A stretch of DNA of 64,000 nt from Terriglobia bacterium (lineage in GTDB: Bacteria; Acidobacteriota; Terriglobia; JAJPHL01; JAPKYU01). The stretch covers positions 736,001-800,000 of the forward strand of contig CBDBKE010000003.1 in NCBI GenBank assembly GCA_965206645.1, in the 5' to 3' direction. Below the pieces are notes generated by a model that worked only from the letters and a program-made list of their open reading frames with translations, searched no databases and was not told the DNA's origin. This document shows, in pieces, positions 39,723 to 49,598 of this stretch; within the stretch, counting starts at the first letter, position 1, and each line of letters opens with the position of its first letter. Made by a program: the position numbers and the translations under genes.

Positions 39723-40883
39723 ATGTGGGACGTAGCAGTTGTCGGTGCTGGACCGGCCGGATGCGCCGCGGCCATCGAACTGGCGCGGGCAGGCGCCAAG
39801 ATCGGCCTGTTGGAGAAAGCGGCCTTCCCGCGCGACAAGCTGTGCGGCGAGTTTCTCTCGCCGGTGGGAGCACGCGTCGTGGAGGAACTGGGTTGTGGCC
39901 GGCAGTTTCACGCGGCGCAACCGGCCCCCATCGAGCGCGCAGTGGTGGTGACGGCCTCGGGCGCGCGATTGGAATTTCCCTTCCCTGCCCGCGCCTACGG
40001 CCTGTCGCGCCTGCGGTTTGATCACCTGCTGGCCCGAGCGGCACTGGCTGCCGGCGCGCAACTGATCGAGAAGGCTGAGATCGTCCGCCTGGAGAATGCG
40101 ACCCAGACCCTGTCGACGCGTGACGGCCGGAAGTTTCAGTCGCGAATGGTGTTGCTGGCGTCCGGGCGACACTCGCTGCTACAGCCCCTGACTTCCGATT
40201 CATCGACCGGTCGCACAGCGCTCCGGCCTGCCCGGAGAGAAAAGCAGGCCAACCCTACATATTTCGCTTTCAAAGCGCACTATCGGGGCGAATGCGCCGG
40301 CCGGGTGGAACTCTACTTCTTCCCCTGTGGCTACTGCGGCCTGGCGCCGATTGAGGGCGGACGGGTGAACTTGTGCTGCCTGGTGGAGAAAAGCCTCCTC
40401 GCTACCGGCTCGGCCGAGCAGGTGCTGGCGCGCGTCCCCGCCCTGCGCGCGCGCCTGGCCGGATGGAGGCGTGAAGAACCCTTTCTGTTCACGGGGCCGG
40501 TGTCCATGGGCTGGCGCCGCCCCCCATCCGACCTGCTGGTGGCCGGCGATGCAGCGCTGTTTCCGGATCCGTTTACCGGTCAGGGGATGTCGGTAGCGCT
40601 GGAAAATGGGCGCATGGCGGCCCGGCATGCGCTGTCCGGCAGCGAAGCTGTCTCTGAATCTAGCGAAGCTGTCTCCGAATCCATCGAAGCCTACTCCCGG
40701 GAATTGCAGAGGCGCTTCGGGGGACAACTGCGTGCGGCCCGCCTGCTTCGCGCAGCCACGACGCCCTGGCTGGAGCGTACACTGCTGCGGGTGTTCTGCT
40801 GCGTCCCACTCCGCCAAGCCGCATGTTGTGCAATCCGCCATCACAGCAGACTTGCCGTAGCCCGGCCAGGTGCGGGACAATAA
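39723..40883 (+). CDS. FAD-dependent oxidoreductase (geranylgeranyl-reductase/monooxygenase-like)
   Basis: VVGAGPAG, RDKLCGEFLS, GDAA..DPFTGQGM; 21-bp tandem duplication encoding SEAVSES x2. Confidence 0.85.
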   Translation: MWDVAVVGAGPAGCAAAIELARAGAKIGLLEKAAFPRDKLCGEFLSPVGARVVEELGCGRQFHAAQPAPIERAVVVTASGARLEFPFPARAYGLSRLRFDHLLARAALAAGAQLIEKAEIVRLENATQTLSTRDGRKFQSRMVLLASGRHSLLQPLTSDSSTGRTALRPARREKQANPTYFAFKAHYRGECAGRVELYFFPCGYCGLAPIEGGRVNLCCLVEKSLLATGSAEQVLARVPALRARLAGWRREEPFLFTGPVSMGWRRPPSDLLVAGDAALFPDPFTGQGMSVALENGRMAARHALSGSEAVSESSEAVSESIEAYSRELQRRFGGQLRAARLLRAATTPWLERTLLRVFCCVPLRQAACCAIRHHSRLAVARPGAGQ

Positions 40884-40892
40884 TCAGAGGAC

Positions 40893-40966
40893 TGCCTGGT
40901 CGTTCAATGGTAGGACGCAGGACTTTGGATCCTGTTATGGAGGTTCGAATCCTCCCCAGGCAGCCA
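40893..40966 (+). tRNA. tRNA-Gln (anticodon TTG)
   Basis: Acceptor stem TGCCTGG/CCAGGCA, anticodon arm CAGGA-CTTTGGA-TCCTG, GGTTCGAATCC T-arm, encoded CCA. Confidence 0.96.
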
Positions 40967-41048
40967 AGCAGGCCCAGGCAGCCTTGTCTCTCCACCCGGA
41001 GCCGAGAGCATCGCCCAGGAAGCGTGAAAGAGTCCGAGGACGTTTGTT

Positions 41049-41722
41049 CCGGAATTTCCTTTTTGGCCTTCCGGCGATTGAAAATATACACGCATCTGCG
41101 TCCCAGCGAGTACAATGTTTTCTCCGAGAGGACCATCGGCTCCGAGCGTCCCTTTCGGGGTCCCCTAAAACCGTCCAATCAGCATCCAAACCCAGCTTTT
41201 TCAGACAACTCTCCATACCTGGGGGATAGCGGCATCGTTTTCTTGTGTGCCGTAGCCCAGGCTATCCCGACGGGAGTGCCAATCCATCGATCCGCCCCAG
41301 CATGCTGGCAAACAGCCGTCGGGTCAAATGGCCCTCGGCCAGCAGGAGCCAGTAGTACCGTGAGTGTTTTAGGAGCCGTCCTCCGGTTTTCACCAGCCGC
41401 TGCTGGAGGCTCGTCAAGGACCATTTCTCGATTCTCTGTGGCAGCACTAGCCGTCGCCACAGGTTGCCCAGGTTGTAGGCGATGATCGTCAGCCAAAGCC
41501 GTACCTCGTTAGATCGGAACTTGTGGCAACTGAGCCGCGTCATCTTCACCGCCTGCTTGCCTTCCTTGATCCACTGTTCTGCGGTGCCGCGCTTGTTATA
41601 GAATCGCACCACCGCCCGATTCGGCAGCGTCAGATTCGTTACAATGAACCCCACTCGCGGGAACAACTCCCCGGAATGATGCTCTACTTTCGCCACCACC
41701 CTTCGAGCCGTCTTCCAACCGG
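41049..41722 (-). mobile_element. IS1380-family element, 3' fragment
   Basis: Near-identical to ~54017-54691; terminal CCGGAATTTCCTTTTTG; transposase C-terminus FYNKRGTAEQWIKEGK. Confidence 0.9.
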
Positions 41723-41805
41723 TGCGCGGGCGAAAGCACCAGGTCGTCGATGGCAAGACACCCCGAACCCACCATCCCGCTACTGTTGACATTCGCTACG
41801 ATGAC

Positions 41806-41842
41806 CGTTACTCTTGACGTAACGCATATTTTCGGGCATATT
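41806..41842 (+). promoter_or_regulatory. higBA promoter with overlapping inverted-repeat operator
   Basis: CGTTAC-7-GTAACG palindrome over TTGACG-17-CATATT. Confidence 0.6.
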
Positions 41843-41846
41843 GGGA

Positions 41847-42131
41847 ATGATCCTCAGCTATCGCGACAAGCAAACTACAGACTTCGCCGCCGGGAAACGG
41901 GTCAAGGCTTTCTCCGGTATCGAACAGGCTTCACGGCTGAAGATCGACCGACTCGAAGCGGCAACCGCTCTTCAGGACCTTGCCGCTTTGCCCGGCAACC
42001 GTTTCGAAGCGCTCAAAGGTGACCGCAAGGGCCAGTACAGCATCCGCATCAACGACCAGTGGCGGATTTGCTTCGAATGGCCCAAGGGGTCCCCCGGACC
42101 CGAGAATGTAGAGATTGTTGACTATCACTAG
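41847..42131 (+). CDS. higB: HigB (RelE-family) toxin
   Basis: PGNRFEALKGDRKGQYSIRINDQWRICFEW..VEIVDYH. Confidence 0.93.
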   Translation: MILSYRDKQTTDFAAGKRVKAFSGIEQASRLKIDRLEAATALQDLAALPGNRFEALKGDRKGQYSIRINDQWRICFEWPKGSPGPENVEIVDYH

Positions 42132-42141
42132 GAGAACTGCA

Positions 42142-42441
42142 ATGGCCGTGCCCGCAATCCATCCCGGCAAACATCTCGCCGAAGAACTGAAAGAGCTCCA
42201 CATGAGCGCGGCCACGCTTGCGCGCCAGCTCAAGGTGCCTACGAACCGCATCACCGAGATTCTGAACGGCCATCGGGCCATCACCGGCGATACGGCCCTA
42301 CGCCTGGCCCACTTCTTTGGCACCAGTGCGGAATTTTGGCTCAACCTGCAAAAGCTCTATGAGCTGCGCCTTGCCGAGAAGAAAGCCAGCAAGGCGATCA
42401 AGACCCTGCCGACGCTTAAGAACGAACACGTTCACGCCTGA
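42142..42441 (+). CDS. higA: HigA antitoxin (HTH)
   Basis: IHPG..L.EEL, NRITEI.NG.RAITGDTALRLA.FFGTSAEFWLNLQ. Confidence 0.93.
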   Translation: MAVPAIHPGKHLAEELKELHMSAATLARQLKVPTNRITEILNGHRAITGDTALRLAHFFGTSAEFWLNLQKLYELRLAEKKASKAIKTLPTLKNEHVHA

Positions 42442-43300
42442 AATCTCACTACGGACCACCTGGAAGGCTGACCCATGTCCTTCAATACCTGCTTCTCAGG
42501 GCACCCCCATCTTGACAAAGCGCGTCCTTGACGACGAGCCGGACTATTGCAGCTCGAAAACCATTACTGCAACCAGGTACGGCGCAGCCTGTAGAGCATG
42601 GCCGTGGCGGCAACCACCGTCAAAAAACCGTCAGGAAACTCACCCATCAAGAAGGCCAAGCTGTTGGCGTTGCGAGCGAAAGCAGGCGCCCCAAAACCGT
42701 GTAAGAGCAAAGAAAGGAAGGAATTGGGAGAAAACCGTGGAAGACGCCTGCCTGCTTCCGAAGTTCTCGATGAGGCCTGGAATGTGCCTTTCAGTCCACT
42801 CAGCCAGTGTGGGCGGGGACCAGAAGTGTCTGCTATCGCATCGTACTCTTCCGGCCGTTCGTCCAGAGAGACTTTCAGGTAATCGGATGCTTCGGTGCGG
42901 AGGCAAGTGACAGTATCCGGAGTCCGTGACCGAAGCGACATTATGAAACACACCCAACCGCACAGATCCTCATGCGTCAGGTCCGCAAAGCCCGTAGTCA
43001 CCATCTTGTGCCAGCCCTCGGACCCGCCGTCTTCACTGGGATCGCACTCGGGCCTGTCGGTAACTGTGGGACGCCAGAAGCGTTCCAAGCAGTGGTGGGA
43101 AAGCAGCGAGATGCTCCTCGCTTTTCCAGGACTGCGGCGGCTTCCACAGGCCAGAAAGCGAGGGTAAGGTGACCGTTCCCGCCCATGCGGCGCGATTCCC
43201 GTCATGCTTTCGGCCTCAACCGACCACCCTTGATGGACAATCACATCATCCGGAGAGTAGATTTGTCGAGCAGGTCAGCAGTTGGGATATCGGATCGAGC

Positions 43301-43948
43301 ATGAAGAAGCGTTTCCTCAGATACGCCGGCGACAAGGCCGTAGGCGCTCTATTGGAGCGTTACGCGTGTCCGACTTCATTCCATGTCGTCCGCACACGAT
43401 TCCTCGGCAACATCGCGACGCCCAAGCTCGACGCATCTCCCCTCCGGACCATAGAGAGCTTTTGGGAAGGTGAGCTGCCGGAGTTCGACAATGACAGCGC
43501 GGCCAATGAACTGTTCGAGTCCCTGACGGGGCTTTGGAACGAACTGGCAAAGCATCAGTCGGGAACTAAGCCGATCCGTTTGACGCGGATGGCCGCAAAG
43601 CCGGATTCGGACGATATTCGTCGCCTGTGCCGGACCCGCACCGAGGAGCTTGAAGGCTTCATCGAGGGCCTGTTCGGTGACGCGGAGATCATTGATCTAC
43701 CCGAACGGGCCAATGAGGCCCTGGACAATCTCGGCCAGATCAACGCCATGATCCGCGGCATTGTCGATCTCCTGGAAAGAGAGTCGGCGCCGCCGGCGTC
43801 GGAAAAGGACCTGACGGGAATTCTCAAGAACGTAGGGGAACTCTCACACATCGCGGAGCAGGAACTGCATGCGGTCATGCTTGCCTGCAAGCGAACCCGC
43901 CAACAAACCCTTTCCCCTATCGCCGTGGGCAAGCCCACCGTCCATTGA
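43301..43948 (+). CDS. Hypothetical protein, predicted helical
   Basis: 215-aa ORF with coding-like composition; no function recognised. Confidence 0.65.
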   Translation: MKKRFLRYAGDKAVGALLERYACPTSFHVVRTRFLGNIATPKLDASPLRTIESFWEGELPEFDNDSAANELFESLTGLWNELAKHQSGTKPIRLTRMAAKPDSDDIRRLCRTRTEELEGFIEGLFGDAEIIDLPERANEALDNLGQINAMIRGIVDLLERESAPPASEKDLTGILKNVGELSHIAEQELHAVMLACKRTRQQTLSPIAVGKPTVH

Positions 43949-44102
43949 GATATTCGGTGTTGCCCGACGCTCCCCGTGGCAGCCGACCGCCGGCCGCGTC
44001 GGATCGTCATGGCCGTCGCTCCGAGTGGCCTATCGCATATCGCGTTGCTGTTCGCGGAAATCGGTCGGGCTCATGTTGTCGAGCGGCCGAACCGTGTTGT
44101 CG

Positions 44103-44349
44103 TTAGTGCCCCGAGTCCTTCGCTTCCCTTTGGGCCAGGTAACGCGCCCAATCGTCCATCAGGACACGCCGCCTCTCAAACAGGTCCGAGCGTGCATAGG
44201 CCGCTTCGACCTTGTTCCGGACAACGTGCGCCAACGCCGCCTCCATGACCGCATGCGGCGCGTCCGTGCATTCAGCCGCCCAACCATCGAAGCTGGAACG
44301 AAATCCATGGGGTACGGCTCCGATGCCCAGCTTCTTGAGCAGGTGGGAC
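44103..44349 (-). pseudogene. C-terminal relic of a P4-like tyrosine integrase (not in the ORF track)
   Basis: Manual translation: VPHGFRSSFDGWAAECTDAPHAVMEAALAHVVRNKVEAAYARSDLFERRRVLMDDWARYL; cut by the IS21 end. Confidence 0.85.
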
Positions 44350-44539
44350 TGTCAAGGGCGGAGTAAAACTAGACCACTCCGGCGGAGAGAAAGTAGACCA
44401 GTTCAGGGGTGGTGGAAGCTTTGATTTGAGAGGGAGTTGCGGGGGCGGTTGGAGCGGAGGCCTGCGACGCCCGCAGGGCGGCGCGGTTAGGCCGGAGTGG
44501 AAGCCGCCCTCGCAACTCGTCGCCCAGTATTGGGTGAGA

Positions 44540-45304
44540 TCAGGCGCGAGGCTTTCCGGAACGCCTTCGTTTGCTGTCCTTGAGCCGGTAACTTTCCCCG
44601 TTCATCTCCAGGATGTGGACATGGTGGGTGAGACGATCCAGCAGGGCTCCGGTCAGCCGCTCCGATCCGAAGGCCTCCGTCCATTCGTTGAACGGCAGGT
44701 TGCTGGTCACCACGGTGGCGCTGCGTTCGTAGCGCCGGCTGAAGACCTCAAACAGCAACTCCGCCCCAGTCTTGGATAGCGGCACGAAACCCAGCTCGTC
44801 AATGATCAACAGCTCGAAACTGGAGAGCATCTTCTGGAACCGCATCAGGCGCCGCTCGTCCTTGGCCTCGATCAGCTCATGCGCCAGGGAGGCCGCCGTA
44901 GTGAACCGGACCCGGAACCCTTTCTGACAGGCGGCCAGTCCCAGCGCCAACGCAATGTGGGTTTTTCCCGTGCCCGAGTTCCCTAAAGCCAGGATGTTCT
45001 CCTTGCGTTCGATGAACTCGCCTCGGGCCAGCTCGAGCACCAAGGCCTTATTCAGCGACGGAAGGGCCAGGAAATCGAAACTGTCGAGGCTCTTCACCAC
45101 GTCGAACCTGGCTTGGTGAATGCGCCGCTCGGTGGCGCGCCGTTCCCGGTCCAGCAGCTCCAGCTCCGTCAACCGCAGCAGGTAGCGCGGGAAGTCCACG
45201 CCCTCGGCAGCGCACTGCTGCGCCACCTTGTCGTACTCACGCAAAAAGGTGGGTAATTGCAGGGCCTTCAGATGGTGTTCCAGCAACACCTGGGGCGTGT
45301 CCAT
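44540..45304 (-). CDS. istB: IS21 helper ATPase IstB
   Basis: GNSGTGKTH, LIIDELGF, TSNLPF, ALLDRLTHH. Confidence 0.95.
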   Translation of the reverse strand: MDTPQVLLEHHLKALQLPTFLREYDKVAQQCAAEGVDFPRYLLRLTELELLDRERRATERRIHQARFDVVKSLDSFDFLALPSLNKALVLELARGEFIERKENILALGNSGTGKTHIALALGLAACQKGFRVRFTTAASLAHELIEAKDERRLMRFQKMLSSFELLIIDELGFVPLSKTGAELLFEVFSRRYERSATVVTSNLPFNEWTEAFGSERLTGALLDRLTHHVHILEMNGESYRLKDSKRRRSGKPRA

Positions 45305-46803
45305 CAGCAGACTCCTTCCCGGAGCAGGGTCAGATAGTCGGCGGCGGCTGTGGTGGCCACCTGCGTCGCCGGCAGGTGCGGATAGTGCTCCAGGTCCAGC
45401 CGCGCCGGCCGCTGCTCGATCCGGCCCAGCAGCAGATGCTTGACCGCGTCAGACCAGATCGCCCCCAGCCGCAAGGCGTCCTCGACGGCCAGCGACACTT
45501 CCGTCCAACGGAACGTCTCCAGCCGTCGCAGGACCTGCACATACTCCCGCTTGCCCTTCTTGCCTAACCGCGCCTCCATCAGCCGCCGCAGTTGCGCGAA
45601 GCCTTCCGGCAACTCCCAGCCGGCCAGGGGGGCGGCCTGGTTCAACGCGTTCGGCTTCTGCTCCAGCAGCGCCAGATAGTGCAACGGATCGAAGATCATC
45701 TCTTCCCGTTCCTAGCTCCGGACATGGCGTGCGATCACTTCGCTCGCTGCACAGATCACCACTTCCTCGACGAATCCCTTCACCAGCACCTCCCGGTGCC
45801 CCCAAGCCACCGGCACCGAATAGTCGTTGGATCGATACCGCACCAGCGACAGTGACGTCACCCGTGTGGTCCGTTTGTCGCAGGCCTCATAGGGCGTCGC
45901 CGGCAGGGGCAGCAGCCTCTGTTGATCCTTCGCGAACCGCTCGCCGATCGTCTCTTGATGTCCTCGCAGACGCCGCTCTCGCCGCCGGGTGCACTGTTCC
46001 CGCAGCTTCGCGTGCAACTCCTCCCAGCTGGCACACCGCGGCACCGGCACCAGGAAGTTCCGCCGCACGTAACCCACTAGTCCTTCCACTTTCCCTTTGT
46101 CATTGCCCTTGCCCGGTCGTCCGAACTTCTCCGCAAACAGGTAGTGACTCTGCAGTTCGGAGAACGCCCGCGTCTTGTTCCGTGTTCCGTCACCCAGGAT
46201 CTGCCTCACCGCCAGCTTGGTGTTGTCGTACAGGATCGTGCGAGGCACTCCGCCGAAGTAGCCGAACGCCTGGTTGTGCCCTTCTAAGAACGCTTCGGTC
46301 GTCTCAGCCGGAAACGCCATCACGAAGCAGTCGTCCGATTGCGGCAGCTCCATCACGAAATAGTGCGCCTTGCGCTCCACCCCGCCGATCACCACTTGCG
46401 CTTCGCCAAAGTCGGCCTGGGCCTCCCCCGGTGGATGCTCCAGCGGCACGAACATCTCCCGCTGGCTCAGCTTCCGCAGCCGCACGTAGTCCTTCACGAT
46501 GGTGTAGCCGCCCGGGAATCCGTGCTCCTCCCGCAGCCGCTCAAAAACCCGCTTGGCCGTGTGGCGTTGCTTCTTGCTCTGGGCCTTATCTTGCTCCAGG
46601 ATCTGGTCGATGATCCCCACCCAGGCATCCAGCTTCGGCCGCCGCGCCGGCTGCTGCCGCCGATAGCCCGGAGGGATCGAGTACCGCAGCATCTTGCGGA
46701 CCGTCTCGCGGGCTAGCCCGAACTGCCGCGCCGCCTCCCGTTCACTGATCCCCTCAGCCTGAACTGCTCGTCGAACACGCGCATAGAGTTCCACTGTGTG
46801 CAC
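45304..46803 (-). pseudogene. istA: IS21 transposase IstA with an in-frame TAG at 45712-45714
   Basis: AQADFG, YDN, KGKVE. Reads RHVRS*EREEMIFDPLHYL in one frame. Confidence 0.88.
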
Positions 46804-47122
46804 ACCTCCGGTGTTTCACGAAACACATCAGAATCACAATGTTTGATGGAATCGAACTGCGCTGGTCTAATTTTGCACCGCCAGAAACCGCCGCTTACGC
46901 GGCGCTCCCTGGTCTATTATTGCTCCGGCGTTCTACCTTCTGCCTCGATGGTGTGCGCTGTCCCTCGACTCGGTCGCTGGTGGCCAAAGATACCAAGCGT
47001 GTCCAACCCCGGCATGGCCGCTCGCATTTTCTCGACCGTCCGGCTATCCAGACGACTACTCCACGCCAATGGTGACCGTGTTGCTGGGGCGTCTCCCGCG
47101 CAGTTAGGAACCCGAAATATTC

Positions 47123-47156
47123 ACAGTAGCACTTTGTTATAATTTCGTGCTACTGT
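47123..47156. promoter_or_regulatory. 10-bp perfect inverted repeat enclosing an extended -10 box
   Basis: ACAGTAGCAC-tttgtTATAATttc-GTGCTACTGT. Confidence 0.5.
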
Positions 47157-47368
47157 ACTTATGTGGTCGGTCTCGGTGCAAGCAAGGAATTCGGAACGGA
47201 GAACGCTGGTTTCAGAAACCCCTGGGCGAGTAGGTCCGCCCCGGTCTTTGAATCGCTGAATTTCGATCCTTCACGTTGGGTTGCGGACCCAACGGTCCCA
47301 TTTAAGCCTCTGCATTTTCGAGAGTTGACGTGTGGTGTGCAAGAAGTGTGCTGCCTTTTGGGAGCTGC

Positions 47369-47857
47369 ATGAACGAGCGCCGATCCTACTCGCGGCATGG
47401 GCTGAACGTGCTGAAGGCCAGGGTGAAGGTGCGGGGCCTGGCCGCTATTGACATGCGGACGGCGGCGGCTCAGGCCCTTGTTGCCTGGCGATGTGAACTA
47501 CTCTCGGACCTGGGCGGGGAGGAGAGTGTCAGTGCCCAGCAAATGGCCTTGGTGGACATGGCCGTCAGGACGCGGCTGTACGTGGACAGTCTGGACGCCT
47601 GGATTATGGAGCAAGAGTCTCTGGTGAACCGGAAACGCAAGTCGGTCCTGCCGGTGTTGAGGGAGCGCCAGCAACTTGTGGATTCCCTGAGCCGGATACT
47701 GGGACAGGTTGGCCTGGAGAAGAAAGCCAAGCCAGTTCCGGCCCTGGGGGAATATCTGGAGGAGAGGTACGGCGATGGGAAAGCCGACCCTGGGCGCAAG
47801 AAGAACCGACTCCGTACAACAGGAACCAAAAACACCAGTGGGCGCGATTCGCTGTAG
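47369..47857 (+). CDS. Hypothetical protein, terminase small-subunit-like
   Basis: RHGL near the N-terminus, helical core, ..L.QVGLEK tail; GGAG RBS; upstream of the TerL-like gene. Confidence 0.55.
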   Translation: MNERRSYSRHGLNVLKARVKVRGLAAIDMRTAAAQALVAWRCELLSDLGGEESVSAQQMALVDMAVRTRLYVDSLDAWIMEQESLVNRKRKSVLPVLRERQQLVDSLSRILGQVGLEKKAKPVPALGEYLEERYGDGKADPGRKKNRLRTTGTKNTSGRDSL

Positions 47858-48031
47858 GGCAAGCAAAGGCCGATTTCAGGAATCGCTTTCGGTTCCTGTT
47901 GGTTCTCTTTGTACCGAGTCGCAGATTTCAGACTGCAAGCCTGTCGCTACCAGAACCGGCCCGCCTATCGAACACAGGCCAAGCCAGATGGTAAGAACGC
48001 CCATTCCTGGTGAGGACCGAGCAGGCAAGTG

Positions 48032-49522
48032 ATGGCGGCAAGACGCACAGCGACATCACCGGCGCTGACTATCCTGGACGCGATGGCGGACCCGTCCCTG
48101 TTCGACCCGTGGTTCCAGGGCCAGAGTTGGGCAGCCTGGAAAGCGTTCCTGGCGGCGCTGTTTGGCTTGCCGATCAACAAGGCCGCCCTGGAGATCTACC
48201 GGCAGCATACTCGCTGCACGTCAGTTCCAGGATTGCCTGCCAGGGAAGCCTGGCTGGTGGTGGGCAGGCGTGGTGGAAAGAGCTTGATAGCGGCGCTTGT
48301 GTCAGTGTTCCTGGCCTGTTTCCGGGACTACCGGAAGATCCTGGCCCCGGGCGAGCGGGGAACCGTCATGGTGATTGCCGCCGACCGGCGCCAGGCGCGG
48401 GTGGTGTTCCGCTACATCGCCGGCTTCCTGGACACGGTGCCGATGCTGACCCGCATGGTGGAGAGCCGAACCAAAGAGACGATCAACCTGACCAACCGGG
48501 TGACGATCGAAGTGCACACGGCAAATTTCCGTGCTGTCCGGGGCTACACCGTTGTTGCCGCCATCTGCGACGAGATCGCCTTCTGGCGGAGCGAAGAAAG
48601 TGCCAATCCGGACACGGAGATCCTGAACGGACTGCGGCCTGGGATGGCGACGGTTCCAGGCGCTCTGCTGCTGTGCATCTCTTCGCCTTACGCCCGGCGC
48701 GGGGCGCTGTGGGAGGTCTACCGGCAGCACCACGGCCAGGACGGAGACCCGATCCTTGTCTGGCAGGCTGACACTCGCAGCATGAATCCATCGGTTGACG
48801 AACAGGTGATTGCAGAAGCCTATGCCCAGGATGAATCAGCGGCAGCGGCAGAGTACGGCGCACAGTTCCGGCGCGACATTCAGGACTTCATCCCCCACGA
48901 GGTTCTGGAATCTCTGGTTGTCGAAGGCCGGCGCGGGTTGCCGCCGGTTTCGGACCTGCGCTACTTCGCCTTCTGTGACCCGTCGGGCGGCAGCCAGGAC
49001 AGCATGACACTGGCGATCGCCCACCATGAGAACGGTCGCGCCCTGCTGGACCTTGTGCTGGAACGGCGCCCGCCCTTCTCGCCGGAAGCGGTGGTGAAGG
49101 AGTTCGTCGCAACCCTCAAGCAGTACAGCATCAACTCGGTGACCGGCGACCGTTACGGGGGCGAATGGCCGCGGGAACGTTTCCGGGAGCACGGCATCTC
49201 CTACGAACCTTCAGAGAAGACCAAGAGTGAGATCTATGGTGAAGTCCTGCCGTCGCTGAATAGCGGCAAGGTGGAGCTGCTCGACAATGCGCGGCTGCTA
49301 TCGCAACTGCGGGGCCTGGAGCGGCGCACTTCCCGCAGCGGACGGGACACGATTGACCACAGCCCCGGCGGCCATGATGACGTGGCGAACGCAGCGGCCG
49401 GCGCACTGATGCTGGCGCTGAAGCGCGGAGCGATGGTTATCCGCTGCCCTACCGGTGTTGGAAGCGAAAGTCCGTCCTTGTGGGAAGTGTTGGGAGGCTT
49501 CCGGTCGAACTACGATTTCTGA
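48032..49522 (+). CDS. Terminase large-subunit-like ATPase-nuclease
   Basis: Walker A GRRGGKS, Walker B AAICDE, coupling motif ISSP, EYGAQF, RNase H-like FCDPSGGSQD and GGHDDVANA. Confidence 0.8.
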   Translation: MAARRTATSPALTILDAMADPSLFDPWFQGQSWAAWKAFLAALFGLPINKAALEIYRQHTRCTSVPGLPAREAWLVVGRRGGKSLIAALVSVFLACFRDYRKILAPGERGTVMVIAADRRQARVVFRYIAGFLDTVPMLTRMVESRTKETINLTNRVTIEVHTANFRAVRGYTVVAAICDEIAFWRSEESANPDTEILNGLRPGMATVPGALLLCISSPYARRGALWEVYRQHHGQDGDPILVWQADTRSMNPSVDEQVIAEAYAQDESAAAAEYGAQFRRDIQDFIPHEVLESLVVEGRRGLPPVSDLRYFAFCDPSGGSQDSMTLAIAHHENGRALLDLVLERRPPFSPEAVVKEFVATLKQYSINSVTGDRYGGEWPRERFREHGISYEPSEKTKSEIYGEVLPSLNSGKVELLDNARLLSQLRGLERRTSRSGRDTIDHSPGGHDDVANAAAGALMLALKRGAMVIRCPTGVGSESPSLWEVLGGFRSNYDF

Positions 49523-49535
49523 CGTGGAAAACATT

Positions 49536-49598
49536 CGCTCGCTCGCAATCTTGGAAAAGGCCCTGGGGCCGGAGCATCCCAACGCGGCCGTTAGCCTC
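49536..49598 (+). pseudogene. About 21-codon relic of a kinesin-light-chain-type TPR repeat
   Basis: RSLAILEKALGPEHPNAAVSL. Confidence 0.6.

Larger units (their letters stand above)
44350..46937 (-). mobile_element. IS21-family insertion sequence
   Basis: End TGTCAAGGGCGGAGTAAAACTAGACCA. Reiterated GGAG..TAGACCA boxes at both ends; istA-istB; no target duplication seen. Confidence 0.88.

Noticed and set aside
42460-43300. ORFs 42598-42882, 42564-43244 and overlapping frames
   Set aside because: No motif or convincing coding signal; probably decayed island DNA.
47369-49522. Intact prophage
   Set aside because: No portal, capsid, tail, lysis or replication genes, and no intact integrase in the window.
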